Positions 1 through 13,495 of a stretch of DNA of 64,000 nt are shown here, piece by piece. The notes below the pieces were generated by a model that did no database searches, was not told the origin of the DNA, and saw only the letters and a program-made list of their open reading frames with translations. This DNA comes from Octopus sinensis (taxonomy: Eukaryota). The position numbers and the translations under genes were made by a program. How positions within the stretch are numbered: position 1 is the stretch's first letter; every line of letters starts with the position of its first letter. Location of the stretch: the NCBI RefSeq assembly GCF_006345805.1, contig NC_042999.1:150598001-150662000 (forward strand). Direction: 5' to 3'.

Positions 1-10
1 CACACGCACA

Positions 11-42
<32 letters not shown>

Positions 43-54
43 TGCACGCATACA

Positions 55-1089
55 TCTATGCGTCTGAATTTCAGAGACCGTATTGTCGGTCATTCTGAAG
101 GTGGACATAGTCAGTGTAAAATCGTAGAAAACCTTGGGATCCCGCTTTCTACAATTAATAGAGTGACTGCGCAATTCACCAGAGAGAGGAAGGAGTCCAC
201 ATCACCTCGCTCAGATCAACCAGGGCCCTCTGACAGGACCCTTCTCTTTGTTAAGAGAAGGGTGGAGGATAATCCTCGTTGCAAGGCCTCTGACATAACA
301 AAACAAGTTGATGTCAGTCCCGGAACAGCTATCGGGCATCTACATAAACTTGGTTACTATGACAGAGTAGCAAGAAGTAAGCCACTTTTTCAACAAGTCA
401 ACATCAAGTGGAGAAAAGATTGGGCTAGTGAGATGGTGGAGAGGCCACTAGCATTTTGGGTCACTGTAATATTCTCTGATGAGTCCAGATTGGCTGTATT
501 TCTGCGGTCGAATGTGGGTCTGGAGAGTCTGTGATAAAAAATTTGAAGTGAAAAGATTACAGCCAACAATGAAACACGGCAGTTATTCTGTGATAGTCTG
601 GGGAGCAATTTGGAGCAATGGTTGATCAGAGTTAGTGGAGTGTAAAGGAAACATAAACTCAGATAAATATGTGTCTATATTGTAGAAAGGGGTCCTAATT
701 TTCTCCTGTGGTGAAATGATTAAAGCCTTTTTATTTATGGAAGATGAGGCTCCTTGTCACATGGATAAAATGACCCAAGAGTTGTTGAATGAGATTGTAT
801 GAACCCTATTGAACATCTCTGAGACACAATGGACAGGATACTTAATAAAAAGAACAAGAAAGCATCTCTAAAACTAGATCTTTTAAGATTATTGTATGAA
901 AATTAGCAAGAAATTCCGCAAGAGAATATTCGTCATCTGATCGAATAAGGTCCTTGTACCGAAAAATGCAAAGGGCATGTCTACTAAATATTAAATATTC
1001 ACATTATAACAATTAATAAATAATTTGAATGTATAATTTCAGATTTAAATAAATTTTAATGATTATAAGGGTGTCTATTTACTTCTGTC

Positions 1090-1090
<1 letters not shown>
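55..1090 (+). mobile_element. Tc1-like DNA transposon remnant (disrupted DD34E transposase)
   Basis: ORF 58-534 has a Tc1 N-terminal HTH region, ARSKP and [11 protein letters not shown] (first catalytic D). After a stop and frameshift, VWGAIWS-, FMEDEAPCH- (~735-760) and NPIEHL-like (~800-820) motifs follow. No intact left TIR is visible. Confidence 0.85.
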
Positions 1091-1310
<220 letters not shown>

Positions 1311-1376
1311 TTATAATATAATAATTATAAGTATTATGAAATATATTAAAAGTATTTTTAGCACCGTCTCTCGGTT

Positions 1377-1449
1377 GGCCGCGTGGCCTAATGGATAAGG
1401 CGTCTGACTTCGAATCAGAAGATTGCGAGTTCGAATCTCGTCGTGGTCG
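1377..1449 (+). tRNA. tRNA-Arg-TCG: tRNA-Arg(UCG)
   Basis: 73 nt. Acceptor stem GGCCGCG/CGTGGTC, anticodon arm TCTGA-CTTCGAA-TCAGA, A box and B box (GTTCGAATC), T7 terminator at 1461-1467. Closely matches the canonical metazoan Arg-TCG gene. Confidence 0.96.
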
Positions 1450-2044
1450 GCATAAAAGGCTTTTTTTGTCTTTTCTTTTTGATGTCTTGATTACTGTTAA
1501 TATTTGTCTTCTTCGCAAACTAAACAGAAACAAAACTTGAAAGCATGAAAATTCAGCCTTTTGTTCTCGATTATCAGTCCAGTGTAATTACTTGGTCATT
1601 TGTTTTGCAGCAGGATTCAACAAAAGTACTCTCACGGATCTTTTATTATTGCCACTTGTTTATTCTCTTTCATCAATATAAAAATTGGCTAGAAAGGTTT
1701 ACTTGCTTGACAAAGGCAAGAATAATAACAATCTACAGACTAACACCTTCTCTCGGTGAGAAGAAGGAAGACAGTCAGTGTCAGTGACATTTGTAGATGG
1801 CGTACGTTTGTAAGATCAATCAGATTACAATTGAGGCTGAGCATCCGGAGGGGAAAGATTGCCACAGTGGGAATTGAGGGGACTTTAAACCTTGAGAAGG
1901 GAAGATTGGATAAGTGTGTCGTAATTTTGTCATTAATAGTTTCCCATAGTTTTCTCTGTACACATACATTAAGTAAAGAAACGTCTGTTATAGCTTTTAC
2001 AGGAATTGTTGAGTTAAGTCTCATTGGCCAGAGTTATATCATAA

Positions 2045-2160
2045 GCGTAGGAGTGGCTGTGTGGTAAGTAGCTTGCTTACGAACCACATGGTTCCCGGGT
2101 CAGTCCCACTGCGTGGTACCTTGGGTAAGTGACTTCTACTACAGCCTCGGGCCGACCAAA
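2045..2160 (+). mobile_element. SINE family B (tRNA-derived, CORE-like), 5' fragment
   Basis: Head gcgtaggagtggctgtgtggtaagtagcttgc...accttgggtaagtgacttctactacagcc, shared with the full copy at 25948. Confidence 0.8.
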
Positions 2161-3700
2161 ACTGTGTGCAGTGCTTTTTTTTTTTTCTCTGGGATGCTCC
2201 CTACAAACATTCACTTGTAGGGAGCATCGCATTTGTTTGTTTTTAAACTAGAGGCAAATAAAACTGAAATACATGCTTGTTTATTAATACTTAATTAATT
2301 GGGTAATTTTAAGATAGCTAACGGATTCATTCCATGAATGATTCGAATTTCATCCAATGCTTTCGTTGAATTCATAAATGTCCAGTTTCTTTTAATTGTT
2401 ATTGTGGCTTAGTTATAGGAAGAAGGAGAGCGCCTTCGACTTTTTGCACTGGCAAGGAAGGCAGCGGATATCAGTTACTACAGTAAAGAGTATCTTGATA
2501 CAAGTAGCTTTAGCCTGAAGATTTGATCAGAACGCTTACAATAGACTGAACACAGCTGAATGTACGCATAGAACAGGTGATGATGTTAAAACTGCGAGAT
2601 AATATCTACTTAAAAACAGATATAAACCATACAATGACAATGAGTTTCCATACAGATTATGTCTATCTTCACAGTTTTACCCACGTTTAGGCAGCCCAGG
2701 TCAAACCTTTGGAGTTTTGATCTGTCGATATTATGGAATTCAGTGTTCTGAGTTTTCGTTCTCTCATACTTTGGACATTATGACTTTTTCCGGAATTTGG
2801 TTATTCGATCTTTTCGCCTTCGGAGGATCAATTTGAATAGATCCTCGTTGATCTTCGTTGGATGTTATGATTGCCATGCGCCTCCTCTCTATCTGTCTGC
2901 CTGTCTCTGTCTCTCTTTCACTCTCCCCCCTCTCTCTTGATTTATCTGTCGTATGCATTTGTGTGAGAGAGTTCGTATTTCCCTCGGATTCACTGGTTTG
3001 TAAACAATGGTTTCCTGATGTCGCTTGTTTGTAGTCAACTGCGAAAGCACGTCTGAGTTTTTCGACGCGTCATGACATGTCATGCGATTTTTTTATGAAC
3101 AAAAGTCTCATGCATACGGTTTTGTTCGTTTCCAGTTCTCCGCTTTAAAACATGCCTGGGTTATTTGTTGTCTGACAAGCTGGGAGACAATTTGTTATCT
3201 GACATGCTTGGAAACAACTAGGGGTTGGCAACAGGAAGGGCATCCAGCAGTAGAGAACTCTACCCTAACGTATTCTTGTCAGACTTATGCAAGTATAGAA
3301 AAGGAGACGTTAAAACGATGATGATGCTGATGCTGAAAATTATGATGATAAGGAAAACACACACTTATATCGAAATACTGTAAATTATAAGATTAGAATA
3401 AGATAAAAGTTATTGTGCGTATAAGTGGATAATGAATGTAGATGAAGGCCAATATTTCAATATTCTTTTATTCTTTTATTCTTTTACTCGTTTTAGTCAT
3501 TTTACTGCGGCCGTGCTGAATCACTGCCTTAGTCGAGTAAATCGACCCCAGGACTTATTCTTTGTAAGCCTAGTGCTTATTCTATCGGTCTCTTTTACCG
3601 AACACACACACAAACATATACACACGCTACATACATACATACATACATACATACATACATACATACATACATACATACGCGCATGCACGTATAGAGACTT

Positions 3701-3764
3701 ACATACAGAACTTTAAGTTTCTGTGTCAACAATTCAGTGAGTGTTGCACGTCTTCAGCTGACGC
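3701..3764 (-). ncRNA. Degenerate type I hammerhead-like motif
   Basis: Minus strand gcgtcag-CTGAAGA-(stem II gtg/cac + caaca/tgttg)-GAAA-cttaaag-TT-ctgtatgt. C10.1-A11.1 is mismatched. Confidence 0.4.
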
Positions 3765-3913
3765 AAGCTCAGTTTGCGTTGCACCATAGTCCTCTCTTCT
3801 TCCCAGCAATATTACCGTCACACGTAGTTTGTGGCTACACACACACAAAGACATATATGTATATACGTTAAGGTATGTATGTATTGATATGTTTACTCAC
3901 GCGCGCACACATA

Positions 3914-4003
<90 letters not shown>

Positions 4004-4553
4004 TGCAACTGAATTCAATTGAATTAAAGAATATTTTCCACATGGAATTCTAAGATTTTTCTTTGTGTTTATATATATATTGGTTTTTATTTCACTTAGT
4101 CAGGGGTAAGAGCTATGCACTTGAAATTTTACAAGGTCTCCGAAACCAATACGAGTGATTATGGGAGCGATTCTCAAGCCAGAAACCTGACCTGAATGCT
4201 TGCAACATAGTGGCATACAATGTTCCAAGTGAAGTTTTAAACCAGATGAAAGTTAAAGCCTACCACCTAAATATTTATTTCAGTGTTTATCATAACCATA
4301 TCAGTAGAATCTTTTTAAATTCCTTCAAACCACCAAAATGTTTTCAAATTTTCACCAGATTTTTATTTACGCTGATGTGATATGGTTTTGCAAGTGATGA
4401 TGAAAATTACACTCATTTTACGAGAAATTGACGATAAAAATGTGACAAATCTTTAAAATTATGTTATTTTACCAATCGGAAGCCTCCATTGCCGACATAC
4501 AAGAAATCACAATTGTCTGTGTCCATGGGAATAACATTAATGCTGCTTGGTAA

Positions 4554-4784
4554 GGCGGCGAGCTGGCAGAAACGTTAGCATGCCGGGCGAAATGCTCAGC
4601 GGTATTTCGTCTGCCGCTACGTTCTGAGGTCAAATTCCGCTGAGGTCAACTTTGCTTTTCATACTTTCGGCGTCGATTAAATAAGTACCAGTTACGCACT
4701 GCGGTCGATATAATTAACTTAATTCGTGTGTCTGAACTTGTTTGTCTTCTCTGTGTTTAGCCCCTTGTGGGTAGTAAAGAATTT
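4554..4784 (+). mobile_element. SINE family A, full length with 16-bp TSD
   Basis: Head ggcggcgagctggcagaaacgttagc and tail gcccccttgtgggtagtaaagaa-like. TSD attaa(t/g)gctgcttggt at 4536-4551 and 4785-4800. Confidence 0.9.
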
Positions 4785-5149
4785 ATTAAGGCTGCTTGGT
4801 CGGTTCAACAGAGCCACTAACTCTACACAAGAACAATTAACAGATCCAGCACCACATGCACACATACTCGCGCACACGCGCATGAAGACGAGACGTTGGT
4901 AACTTTTTTTATTATTAATTTCAAGGAAAAGTGGAATGTAACTTTCATCAACAACATGCTAAACTACATCAGTGTAGAAGATTTGAAAATATTTTGCTGG
5001 TTGGAAAGAACTTAGAACGATTTTATGAGTAGATCTCAATAGTAGAACCTGAAGATTGAACAATAGGCAGACAAACTGCTTTGTTAAATAAAATTAGATG
5101 CTTTATAAATGTTAAACTGGTTCAGCATTGTAAGAAAAATAAAATAAAC

Positions 5150-5510
5150 AAGAGCACTAAGAGAGCGCAGACCTTCACCAAGGCAACACCAACGTCCTCT
5201 CAACGATTAGACAGAGATGATTTTTAAAATGAGAATATTCAAAATAAACTCGACACCTCTCACAAACGAGAATACTAAAAATGAACCTGACTGCTCTCCA
5301 AAATTAAGTAAAAAAAAAACCGAAAAAATAATCAAGAATCCTTGTTCGGTACCGGATCGATCCCCAAATCTAATCAGTTCGTTCCAGTTACGAGGTCAAA
5401 CATCCCTGAAAGTTTCCTTCGAATCCAACCAGCGGTTCTTGAGATATCATGTCCACGGACAAACAAACAAACTCGACTGAAGATAATACCTCCGCCTTCG
5501 CTAAGGAGGA
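5150..5510 (+). mobile_element. Putative non-autonomous Helitron/Helentron-like (DINE-like) element
   Basis: Internal (ACAA)n and a 3' GC-rich hairpin remnant acctccgccttcgctaaggagg. Family assignment is by resemblance only. Confidence 0.35.
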
Positions 5511-6071
5511 TGGAATTATAAAAGAATGCAAACTGTATTTTGCTGTGTCTAGGGAGGGCCATTACGCCAATAATAATAACACACACACAGGTTCAATTCC
5601 ACTTCTTTATTGTTAACCAACTGGTTAAATATCTAACCAACTGACTAACATCAAAGGAATGGTATTGGATCTTTTCATTTTCAAGGCCTGATTGTCAGAT
5701 TTTTCTAGTTAACTAAATAACTTGAAACTTCGTATACTGGTAGAGTGTCTCAAAAAAGAAAACACTAGTTTCAACTTGTTTATTTGAGAAAAATGTATTT
5801 TATAACTTTAAACGTAGATTAAATCTGCGAATTTTAACCAATCGTATTGTTTGTTTTCATTTGAAATAATTAACTGCATTATCTTAGTGTGACGTAGAAA
5901 GCTATTTTGTGACGTAGACAGCTGTGCGTAGGTCTGTTTTGTGTTTTTTCGGTGTATGTGTATATGTATGTATGCATGTATGTGTGTGTGTGTGTATGTA
6001 TCTATGTATGTGTGTGTGTATGTATGTGTATGTATGTGTGTGTATGTATGTGTGTGTGTGTATGTATGTAT

Positions 6072-6290
6072 GGAGGCGCAATGGCCTAGTGGTTAGGGCA
6101 GCGGACTTGCGGTCGGAGGATCGCGGTTTCGATTCCCAGACCGGGCGTTGTGTGTGTTTATTGAGCGAAAAAACACCTAAAAGCTCCACGAGGCTCCGGC
6201 AGGAGGTGGTGATCCCTGCTGTAATCTTTCACCACTCTAAAGGCGGTGCTCCAGCATGGCCGCAGTCAAAATGACTGAAACAAGTACAAA
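6072..6290 (+). mobile_element. Chimeric SINE: family C tRNA-like head joined to family B tail
   Basis: Head ggaggcgcaatggcctagtggttagggcagcggac matches 16227-16604 and 37174-37538. Tail aaggcggtgctccagcatggccgcagtc matches 26295-26345. Confidence 0.7.
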
Positions 6291-6320
6291 AAAAAAAAAA
6301 AAAAAAAAAAAATGTATGTA

Positions 6321-6484
6321 TGGCCGATTCAGTGTTTACATTATTTCGAGTTAAAACGAAAGATTACCAAAAAAAATTTTGTCTATATCTTCGATCACTG
6401 TCATTGAGTCAACCTCATTATTTTCTACATAGCAAAGGTAATCTTTCGTTTTAACTCGAAATAATGTAAACACTGAATCGGCCA
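6321..6484. repeat. 48-bp perfect inverted repeat with 68-bp spacer in (TGTA)n/(TACA)n
   Basis: 6321-6368 is the exact reverse complement of 6437-6484. Confidence 0.9.
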
Positions 6485-7569
6485 TACATACATACATACA
6501 TACACACACATACATACATACATGCATACATACATATACACATACACCGAGTAAAAAATTTCAGTTATCACGGAAAGGTCTACTACAAACGAAAGATTGC
6601 CAAAGATAAAAAGTTACAGAAATAAAAGTTACACGAATAAAGTAAGGAATAAAAATCACAAAAAATATACGAAAATTTACAAAAACTAAGTTAGTTATAT
6701 AATATATAAGTTTAATATATAAGTTAGTTAATAATATATAAAAAATGTGAATAAAAACGAAAGGAATACGGTAACGGGTGTTTACATTTCACGTATGTTA
6801 ACTACGTCAGCAAAATAGCCGTTTACGTCTATTGAGACGGAGTAAATAATATGAAGCCGAAAGACCGAATACCATTGGTTAAAATTCTAATTATTAAACA
6901 ACGTTAAACTTAGAAATTACAATTCCGTTTTCATTCTGGTTTACAATTATGTTTTCTTTTGACACATTCTACCAGTATACGAAGTTTCAAATTGTTTGGT
7001 TAAGTAGGAAAAATCTGACAAATCAGGCCTTGAAAATGAAAAGATCCATGGCATTAAACCAGTGCTTGTATTATTACTGGGATAATGCCTCCCGCCAAGA
7101 GACAACAAAATTTGTTTCAACTCGCGAATTCACATCAAGAATGTTGCAGGTCAAATATAAAAACGAAGTAAAACTGTATTTTGTTTTCTCATTAAGAAGG
7201 TGAAATGGAAGGGACTGCAAAAGATATCTCTAAATATTTTTGGGAGAAGGGTGGAGTTTGATAGTTTGAGAACAAACGGTCTAATAGAGATAGCACTGCA
7301 GATTTCATTTTAAAAGCCAGGATGGTCATAGCTGGGATCTCTTTTATCATGTGTCTCCTCGGCCTGGGTTGAGTTGAGGCAACAGTAGCAGCAGCAGCAA
7401 CAGCAGCGGCTGCAACAACAACAGCAACAACATATGTTAACTGTGTGGGTTAGATGATTGTTTCGCAACCAAGTGGTTTCGGGTTCAGTTTCTTTGCGCG
7501 GCAGTGGGACTGAACCCGGAACCATGTGGTTTGTAAGTAATCTACTTACTACACAGTCACTCCTACGCC

Positions 7570-7675
7570 TATATATTTATTTTATTATAAATGCAAAACA
7601 ACACCACGGAGGAGTCGATAAAAGCTTAAATAATAAACCGCGATAGGTGAACCGCGATATGGCGAGGGATTGTTG
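7570..7675 (+). mobile_element. pogo/Tigger-like transposon right end
   Basis: ccgcgataggtgaaccgcgatatggcgagggattgttg followed by TA resembles a Tigger-type TIR. Confidence 0.55.
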
Positions 7676-8391
7676 TATTCCAATGACTTAAGCGAGCAAA
7701 AGAAAAGAATGCTATTCCCCTGTATTTGAAACCCTGAGCTTCTGTTAGATTAATGCCGCTTCCTTGTATTTGGTGCCTGTTAACAATCAATATAGAACGA
7801 GAGAAGTTGTCAGAAAGAAATGGAATGGGTGCTAAAGGGTTAGCAAAATGTCAGAAAATGGCCAGAATTTTATTATAAAGACAATAAATAAATTAATGAA
7901 TAAAAGATATGAAGGCGAAAACGTAAAAAGGAAGAGAAACTGGGAGGATATTATCCAGAATCCGAGAACACTGATGAAGGGAAGGGTATAAAAAAGACGG
8001 CGATGATAGTTGCAGAAGAAGTAGGAAGAGTGATCAGGACGGGGATGTAAAACGATACAAAAATGAATAAATAAATGAATGAAAATTGAATAAATTACCC
8101 AAGTAAAAAATTAGAAATAAAGAGGAAAAACAAGAAAGTGAAAATAAAATAAGAAAAGAAAATAAAACGAAAGAAAAGAAGACGTAAGGCAAAAAAACAT
8201 GTCGGCAAAAAAGTGAGTGATGTTGGCTCGGAGATAAGATGAACGGGTGAAGGTGAGCAAAAGGTCAGGGCTGGAAATAAAATAATGTAGGAAAAATGAT
8301 ATAAAAGTAAAGAGAAATAATAAAAAAATGAAGGGAAAGGCATAACTACGATCGGTAAAGTAAAAAGAGAAGATAGCTTAGGTAGATAGCT

Positions 8392-8392
8392 G

Positions 8393-8464
<72 letters not shown>
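8392..8464. repeat. (GATA)n microsatellite
   Basis: Read directly from the sequence. Confidence 0.95.
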
Positions 8465-8465
<1 letters not shown>

Positions 8466-9891
8466 GGACAAAGAGAAAAGAGAGAGTAGGACAGAGAGCA
8501 TCAGAGAGAGAGAAAGAGAGAGTAGGACAGAGAGCATCAGGGAGAGAGAAAGAGAGAGTGAGAGAGATCGTAAGGTAAAAGGATGATGGACAATAAACGG
8601 TTGGTTGTCGTAGCTGATGCTTCAAGAGAGAAACAATAATAATATAAAATAAAAAGACAGCAAAAAAGAAAAGCTAAACAAGTAGATACTATAAGGACAG
8701 TAAAGTAAGGAAGCAGAGTTGGGAGGTGGGGAATACAGAGATATGGTGAAGAGAAGAAAGAGAAAATGAAAGGGGAAAGGGAATAGACAAAATAGCAGAA
8801 AGAAGACAGGCGGAAAGAAAAAGCAAAGAAGCAAGGAAAGATAATTAACAAAAAAGTAGGTTCGGGTAGAGAAGAGAGGGTGACGAAATGGAAGAACGAA
8901 GAGTTTGGCAGAGGAAATTCGCTTACTGATGCTGGTGGATAAGAAAGTTCCAAGACCTCAGAATAACATGTTTCTTGTTTAGCTCGACGTCTGCTCAGCT
9001 CTGATTGTACAGACGACGCTCTAGATATGACCGATCCGCTTTTTATTTTCTAGACAGGCGCAGGCATGGGTGTGTCCTGCAACTACGTGGTTTTGGGTTC
9101 AGTCCCACTCTGCGGCATCCTGGGCAAGCGTTTGGTACGGCCGCAGATTGACCGACACTTTGTGAATGAATTTTGTAGGCGGAAACTGGGTGGAATCCTG
9201 TCGTATATATGTGCGTGTGTATGTGAGTGTGTGCGTGCGTGTGTGTGTGTGTGTGTGCGTGTGTGTTTGTGTGTGTGTGTGTGTGAGTTGGTCATTCCAT
9301 ACCACTTGACACCGGTGTTAGTTTGTTTACATTTCCGTTATTTAGGAATTCGGCAAAAAGTGTCCAATAGAGCAGATACCAGACTTTAAAAATAAAAAAA
9401 ATGAGGTGGATTTATATGACTACATCCTTCGAGAATTTGCCCTAGCATGGCCGCAGTCCAACAACGAAAACAAGTAAAACGTAAGAGATGTGTCTCTTCG
9501 ACGACATTATCTACTACCTTCTAGCTGTTATAGTGATTGATATCATCTGAAACCAGTTTTAAAAGAAAGAATAAAAAAGCGCGTTGTAGTTCGCTTGAAG
9601 CATTATAGTACAGAAGAAGAAAAGCGAATGGAAAGAGAAATAAGGGAAGCTTCTAACAATGCAGAAAGGTTTTTTTTTTAACCTTTATATTTCGGGCGCA
9701 AAGGCTAGCTTCAGAATAATACAGTCAACGAAATGTGTATTTACGTAGACCCTACCAATTCGAATAGTCCGGTGTTTGTGTTAGTAACAGCAGTTCCCCA
9801 AAATGACAGAATCTACGCAAGGAAACAGTCGGTGGGGTGGCAACACCTGTGTAGTAAGCCCATATATGCAAGTACATCCATAACTTTAAAG

Positions 9892-10180
9892 CTGTGGTTC
9901 CTAAAGTGGGCGGTATTGCCCTCCCCCCGGGTGCGGTGGAAAGTTCCAAGGGGACGTTGAAGAAAAGTGAGGCGATAATGGAGGTAGTGATTCATGTAAA
10001 ATGTGGGGCGATAAAAACAATAGAATAATGGGATTGTAAGGTTCATTTTTATTTGTGAAATACAATTGCTTTGAATTTGCTTCAGAAAGAGGTCTATATT
10101 TGTGGTGGTGGGGTGGAGGCTCTAGAAATGTGACCTGGGTGTCAAGGGGGCTGCAGCCTGAAAAAGTTTGAGAACCACTG
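9892..10180. mobile_element. hAT (Charlie-like) MITE, 289 bp
   Basis: TIRs ctgtggttcctaaagt / agtttgagaaccactg. Perfect 8-bp TSD ctttaaag at 9884-9891 and 10181-10188. Confidence 0.9.
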
Positions 10181-11628
10181 CTTTAAAGCAAGAAATCTCA
10201 GCTTAGAATAAATGTTGTTCAGCGAAATAAAAATCATAAAATTTTGTACGATGACTGGAATATCTATTCTTAATACGCTCCGGAAAAAAAATTATCGTCG
10301 TTTTGAATCTTGTTCACCGTGCACGATTTTTTAATCAAATTATCTACTTTTTTTAAATAGGAAGCAAGTCTGTTTCCGGTTGCATAGAATTCTGCAGTCA
10401 TAGAAAAGGATGAATTCGTCAAAAGTGATTTTTAGCTGCTGGTTAGTTGTTGAATACCCTTTGCAGGAAGTACTGAGGGTGTTTAACACTTACAAATTCC
10501 TATAATGGACCTTTACAGAGAGAGATCAGGAGTGCAGGAAGGGTGGGACAGGGTTGTGTAGCCCAGTTTGTTCAATTTCTGTCGAATCATTTGCAGAATG
10601 TCTCTTACCTCTTACTTGTTTCAGTCATTGGCTGCGGCCATACTGGGGCACCGCCCTGAAGGGTTTTAGCCGATCAAATCAACCTCTGTGTTTTTCTTAA
10701 GTTTAGTATTTAGCCTATCAATATCTTTTGCAGAGCCTTAGGTCACAAAGACGGGAACAAACCAACACCGGTTGTGAAGTGATGGTAGGGGACAAGCAGA
10801 TTCACTCACAAAGCATTAGTCAATCTGAGACTATAGGAGAGTAGAAGACACTTGTCCAGGGTACCGCGCAGTGGGACTGAACCCAAAACACACGGTTGCA
10901 AAGCAAGCTTCTTAACCACACAGCCAAGCTTGCACCTGTGGTCAGTTGTTGAAGGAGAAGAATTGATCCTTTTTGATTGACCAATGCCGAATATAAACAG
11001 ATTCAAAGAATAGTAGAAAGTGAGTCCATTTACGAATCACCGAAAGAGTGGCTATAGCATTCCCTTGATGCATCTTCAGTTTGCGAAAGCGCTTCAATGT
11101 TTTGGTACTTCGCCCTGGTCCAGCCACTGCAAGGAACTCGGCCTGTCATCAGATACAATCCATTTTCTAAAATCGTATGTTGCAGTTTAGTCCAGAAGTA
11201 GATTGTATTTGTTAAGTAAAAGAAGCGCAGAGCAGACTTCGTAACAGTGATGTTTTCTTCATCTTTAAACATCTTAAATATTTTTTTTCTTCATCTTTAA
11301 GAATCTCACCTTCATAACGAAAATTTTGCAACCAATACTTGGCTGTAGATTCGTTGATGGTTCCCTGACCAAAGGCTAGGTTCATATTATGAATATTTTC
11401 CTGTATTTCTTTTTTTATGTTACATTTTCAAAACTCTGACAATACGGTCGCTTGAAATTTTTTATCTTCAATCTGACAGCCTAAATTTAATCCTAAATTA
11501 GACAAGAATCAACGCTGTAAGACATTTAAAAATATAAATCAAGACGCAGAAATTTGCGCTTCAAAAGAGTATAGTTGGTCAATAGATTTAAGTTTAAATT
11601 ATTTCAAAATAAACATGAGGGTTTAGAA

Positions 11629-11946
11629 CAGGGGTTCTTAATCATTTCGCATTTCTGGGTCCTATTGATTACTATTTTATTCTGGTGAACCCCCATAAGC
11701 ATTAAAATGTTTTAAAACTAGTTTTATATATACTTCTTTCAAAATTCCTATTTTATTTTTCACACGTTCACTTGTATAATTTTTTAATTGAACTCTGAGA
11801 ATATGTTTTGCTTGCCTGAAACGTGTTAAGATTTCTTAGATATTAGAGAAAGAAACCTAGTTTTTTCTTGCAATAAATACATCTAAAACAAATTTTTTTT
11901 CATGGGCCCTTAAAAATCTAAAATGAACTCCGATTGAGAACCGCTG
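11629..11946. mobile_element. hAT MITE, 318 bp
   Basis: TIRs caggggttcttaa / ttgagaaccgctg. Degenerate 8-bp TSD gtttagaa / ggttaaaa. Confidence 0.75.
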
Positions 11947-12009
11947 GGTTAAAATCACTGCAACTTTTTTTTGTATCAACCTTACCAGTTCTATCATCAT
12001 CAACACAGG

Positions 12010-12280
12010 GACATTACTGTGGCGAGTCCTTGGACTCATAGTGCCGGGCACCCGGTTTCCACGGTGTATAAGTAACCCAGATTACTATACTCGCCCCCTA
12101 CGGCAATCGCAGATTATTATACTCGCCCCCTACAGCAAATCGCAGGGTTACTCATTTACAACTGACTGGAACAGCTTGAAATAAAGTAATTTCCTCGAGA
12201 ACACAACGCATCACCCGGTCCGGGAATCGACACCACCATCTTGCAATCTTGAATGCAACACACTAACTACTAAGCCACGC
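12010..12280 (-). mobile_element. SINE family D (tRNA-derived), with internal ~32-bp duplication
   Basis: tRNA-like head on the minus strand (gcgtggcttagtagttag...gtcgattcccggaccggg). Related copies at 34890-35235. Confidence 0.6.
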
Positions 12281-12579
12281 TAAAAATTTCATTAATCAGA
12301 TCTTATTGGAGTTATCTCCCCTGCTTATTATTTCTAAAATGTAAACATTCAGAAAGGGATATTTTATTCACTAATTGCGAAGATGAGTTCAGTAGACCGA
12401 AATTTTATAACTGACACCTTACCGTTTTAGGCACCCTATTAGGTTTCTCTGAATCTAGTTTATATTTTAATGGTACATTTAAGACCACGTTATCCATGTA
12501 TCTGCTCTTTCCCTTTTTAGAGACGTATGGTGTCACTTGAGGGAGATTTCACTGCTACTTCTTGCAGGTCGCACAACTA

Positions 12580-12893
12580 TGTAGTACAGCGGTGCCTTTG
12601 TAACGTAGCACGGTGCTGCTTTTGTAGCGTATCATAGAGGTACCTTTGCAGTATAGTAACATCTTTATACCATAGCGTAGCGGCACCTTTGTGCACAATA
12701 TAGTGGTGCCTTTGTAGTTTAGATTGGCGGTATCTTTGTAGCGTATCGTAGAAGAGCCTTTGTAGCTTAGCATGGTGGTGCCTTTGTGACGTAGCGTGGT
12801 GGCGCCTTTGTGGCGTAGCGTGGTGGCGCCTTTGTAATGTAGTGTAGCGGCATCTTTGTAGCGTATCAGAGATGCGCCTTTGTGTAGCTTCAT
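12580..12893. repeat. Degenerate 24-bp minisatellite (~13 units)
   Basis: Recurrent cctttgtagcgtagcgtggtggcg-like unit. The minus-strand translation has 8-aa periodicity (Y/H)KG(A/T)TTLR. Confidence 0.85.
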
Positions 12894-13495
12894 GGAGTGG
12901 TTAGTAGCTCCTTGCTGACAGAGCTTTAGCTGTTATTTCTAATGATGGCTTTGCTGCTTTTTTCTCTTAACCACAGTACTTTGCAAGCAGACTGTATAGT
13001 TAAAACAGGTTTATTACGCAAGTTTAAGATTAGTATAACAGAACTAATGAAAACATTTCTGATTTTCTCATTTCCTTGTTTGTTCTTGATGATGTAGGAC
13101 AATAGTTCTCAGTTTCACAAATTGTACACATGTAAAATTTAATTCTGTCTTGTGAAGGAATTGCTTACATAAACATTTGTAATGATATATGATAGTTCAC
13201 TCATACTTGGGTTACGACTTGACTGTTGGAGTGGTTAAAGAATTTTACATGTTATCCACACAACAATCTTCGCGTTAATCTGTTTATTGTGTACATTCTT
13301 AAATTTGCATAATCATGAACAGAGAGAGAGAGAAATAGGCGCAGGCATTGCTCTGTGGTTAAGAAACTCGCTTTGCAACTACACAGTTTCGGGTTCAGTG
13401 ACACTGCTTGGCGCCCCTTGGTCTTCTACTGTAGCTTTACCGGACCTACCCCTACCTTGTGAATGAATTTGGTGTGGAAGTCCGTCGTGTATATA

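Noticed and set aside
1740-2024. Possible LINE RT remnant (VSLLNV..KLWETINDKITTHL)
   Set aside because: Only loose resemblance to the YRPISLL...KL.E motif; downstream motifs are not recoverable by eye. It needs tBLASTn.
6072-6145. tRNA-like sequence (also at 16530-16604 and 37174-37245)
   Set aside because: It is the head of SINE family C: no proper acceptor stem, followed by SINE body and TSDs.
8095-8953. Long hydrophobic minus-strand ORFs
   Set aside because: They arise from purine-rich low-complexity sequence and (GATA)n.
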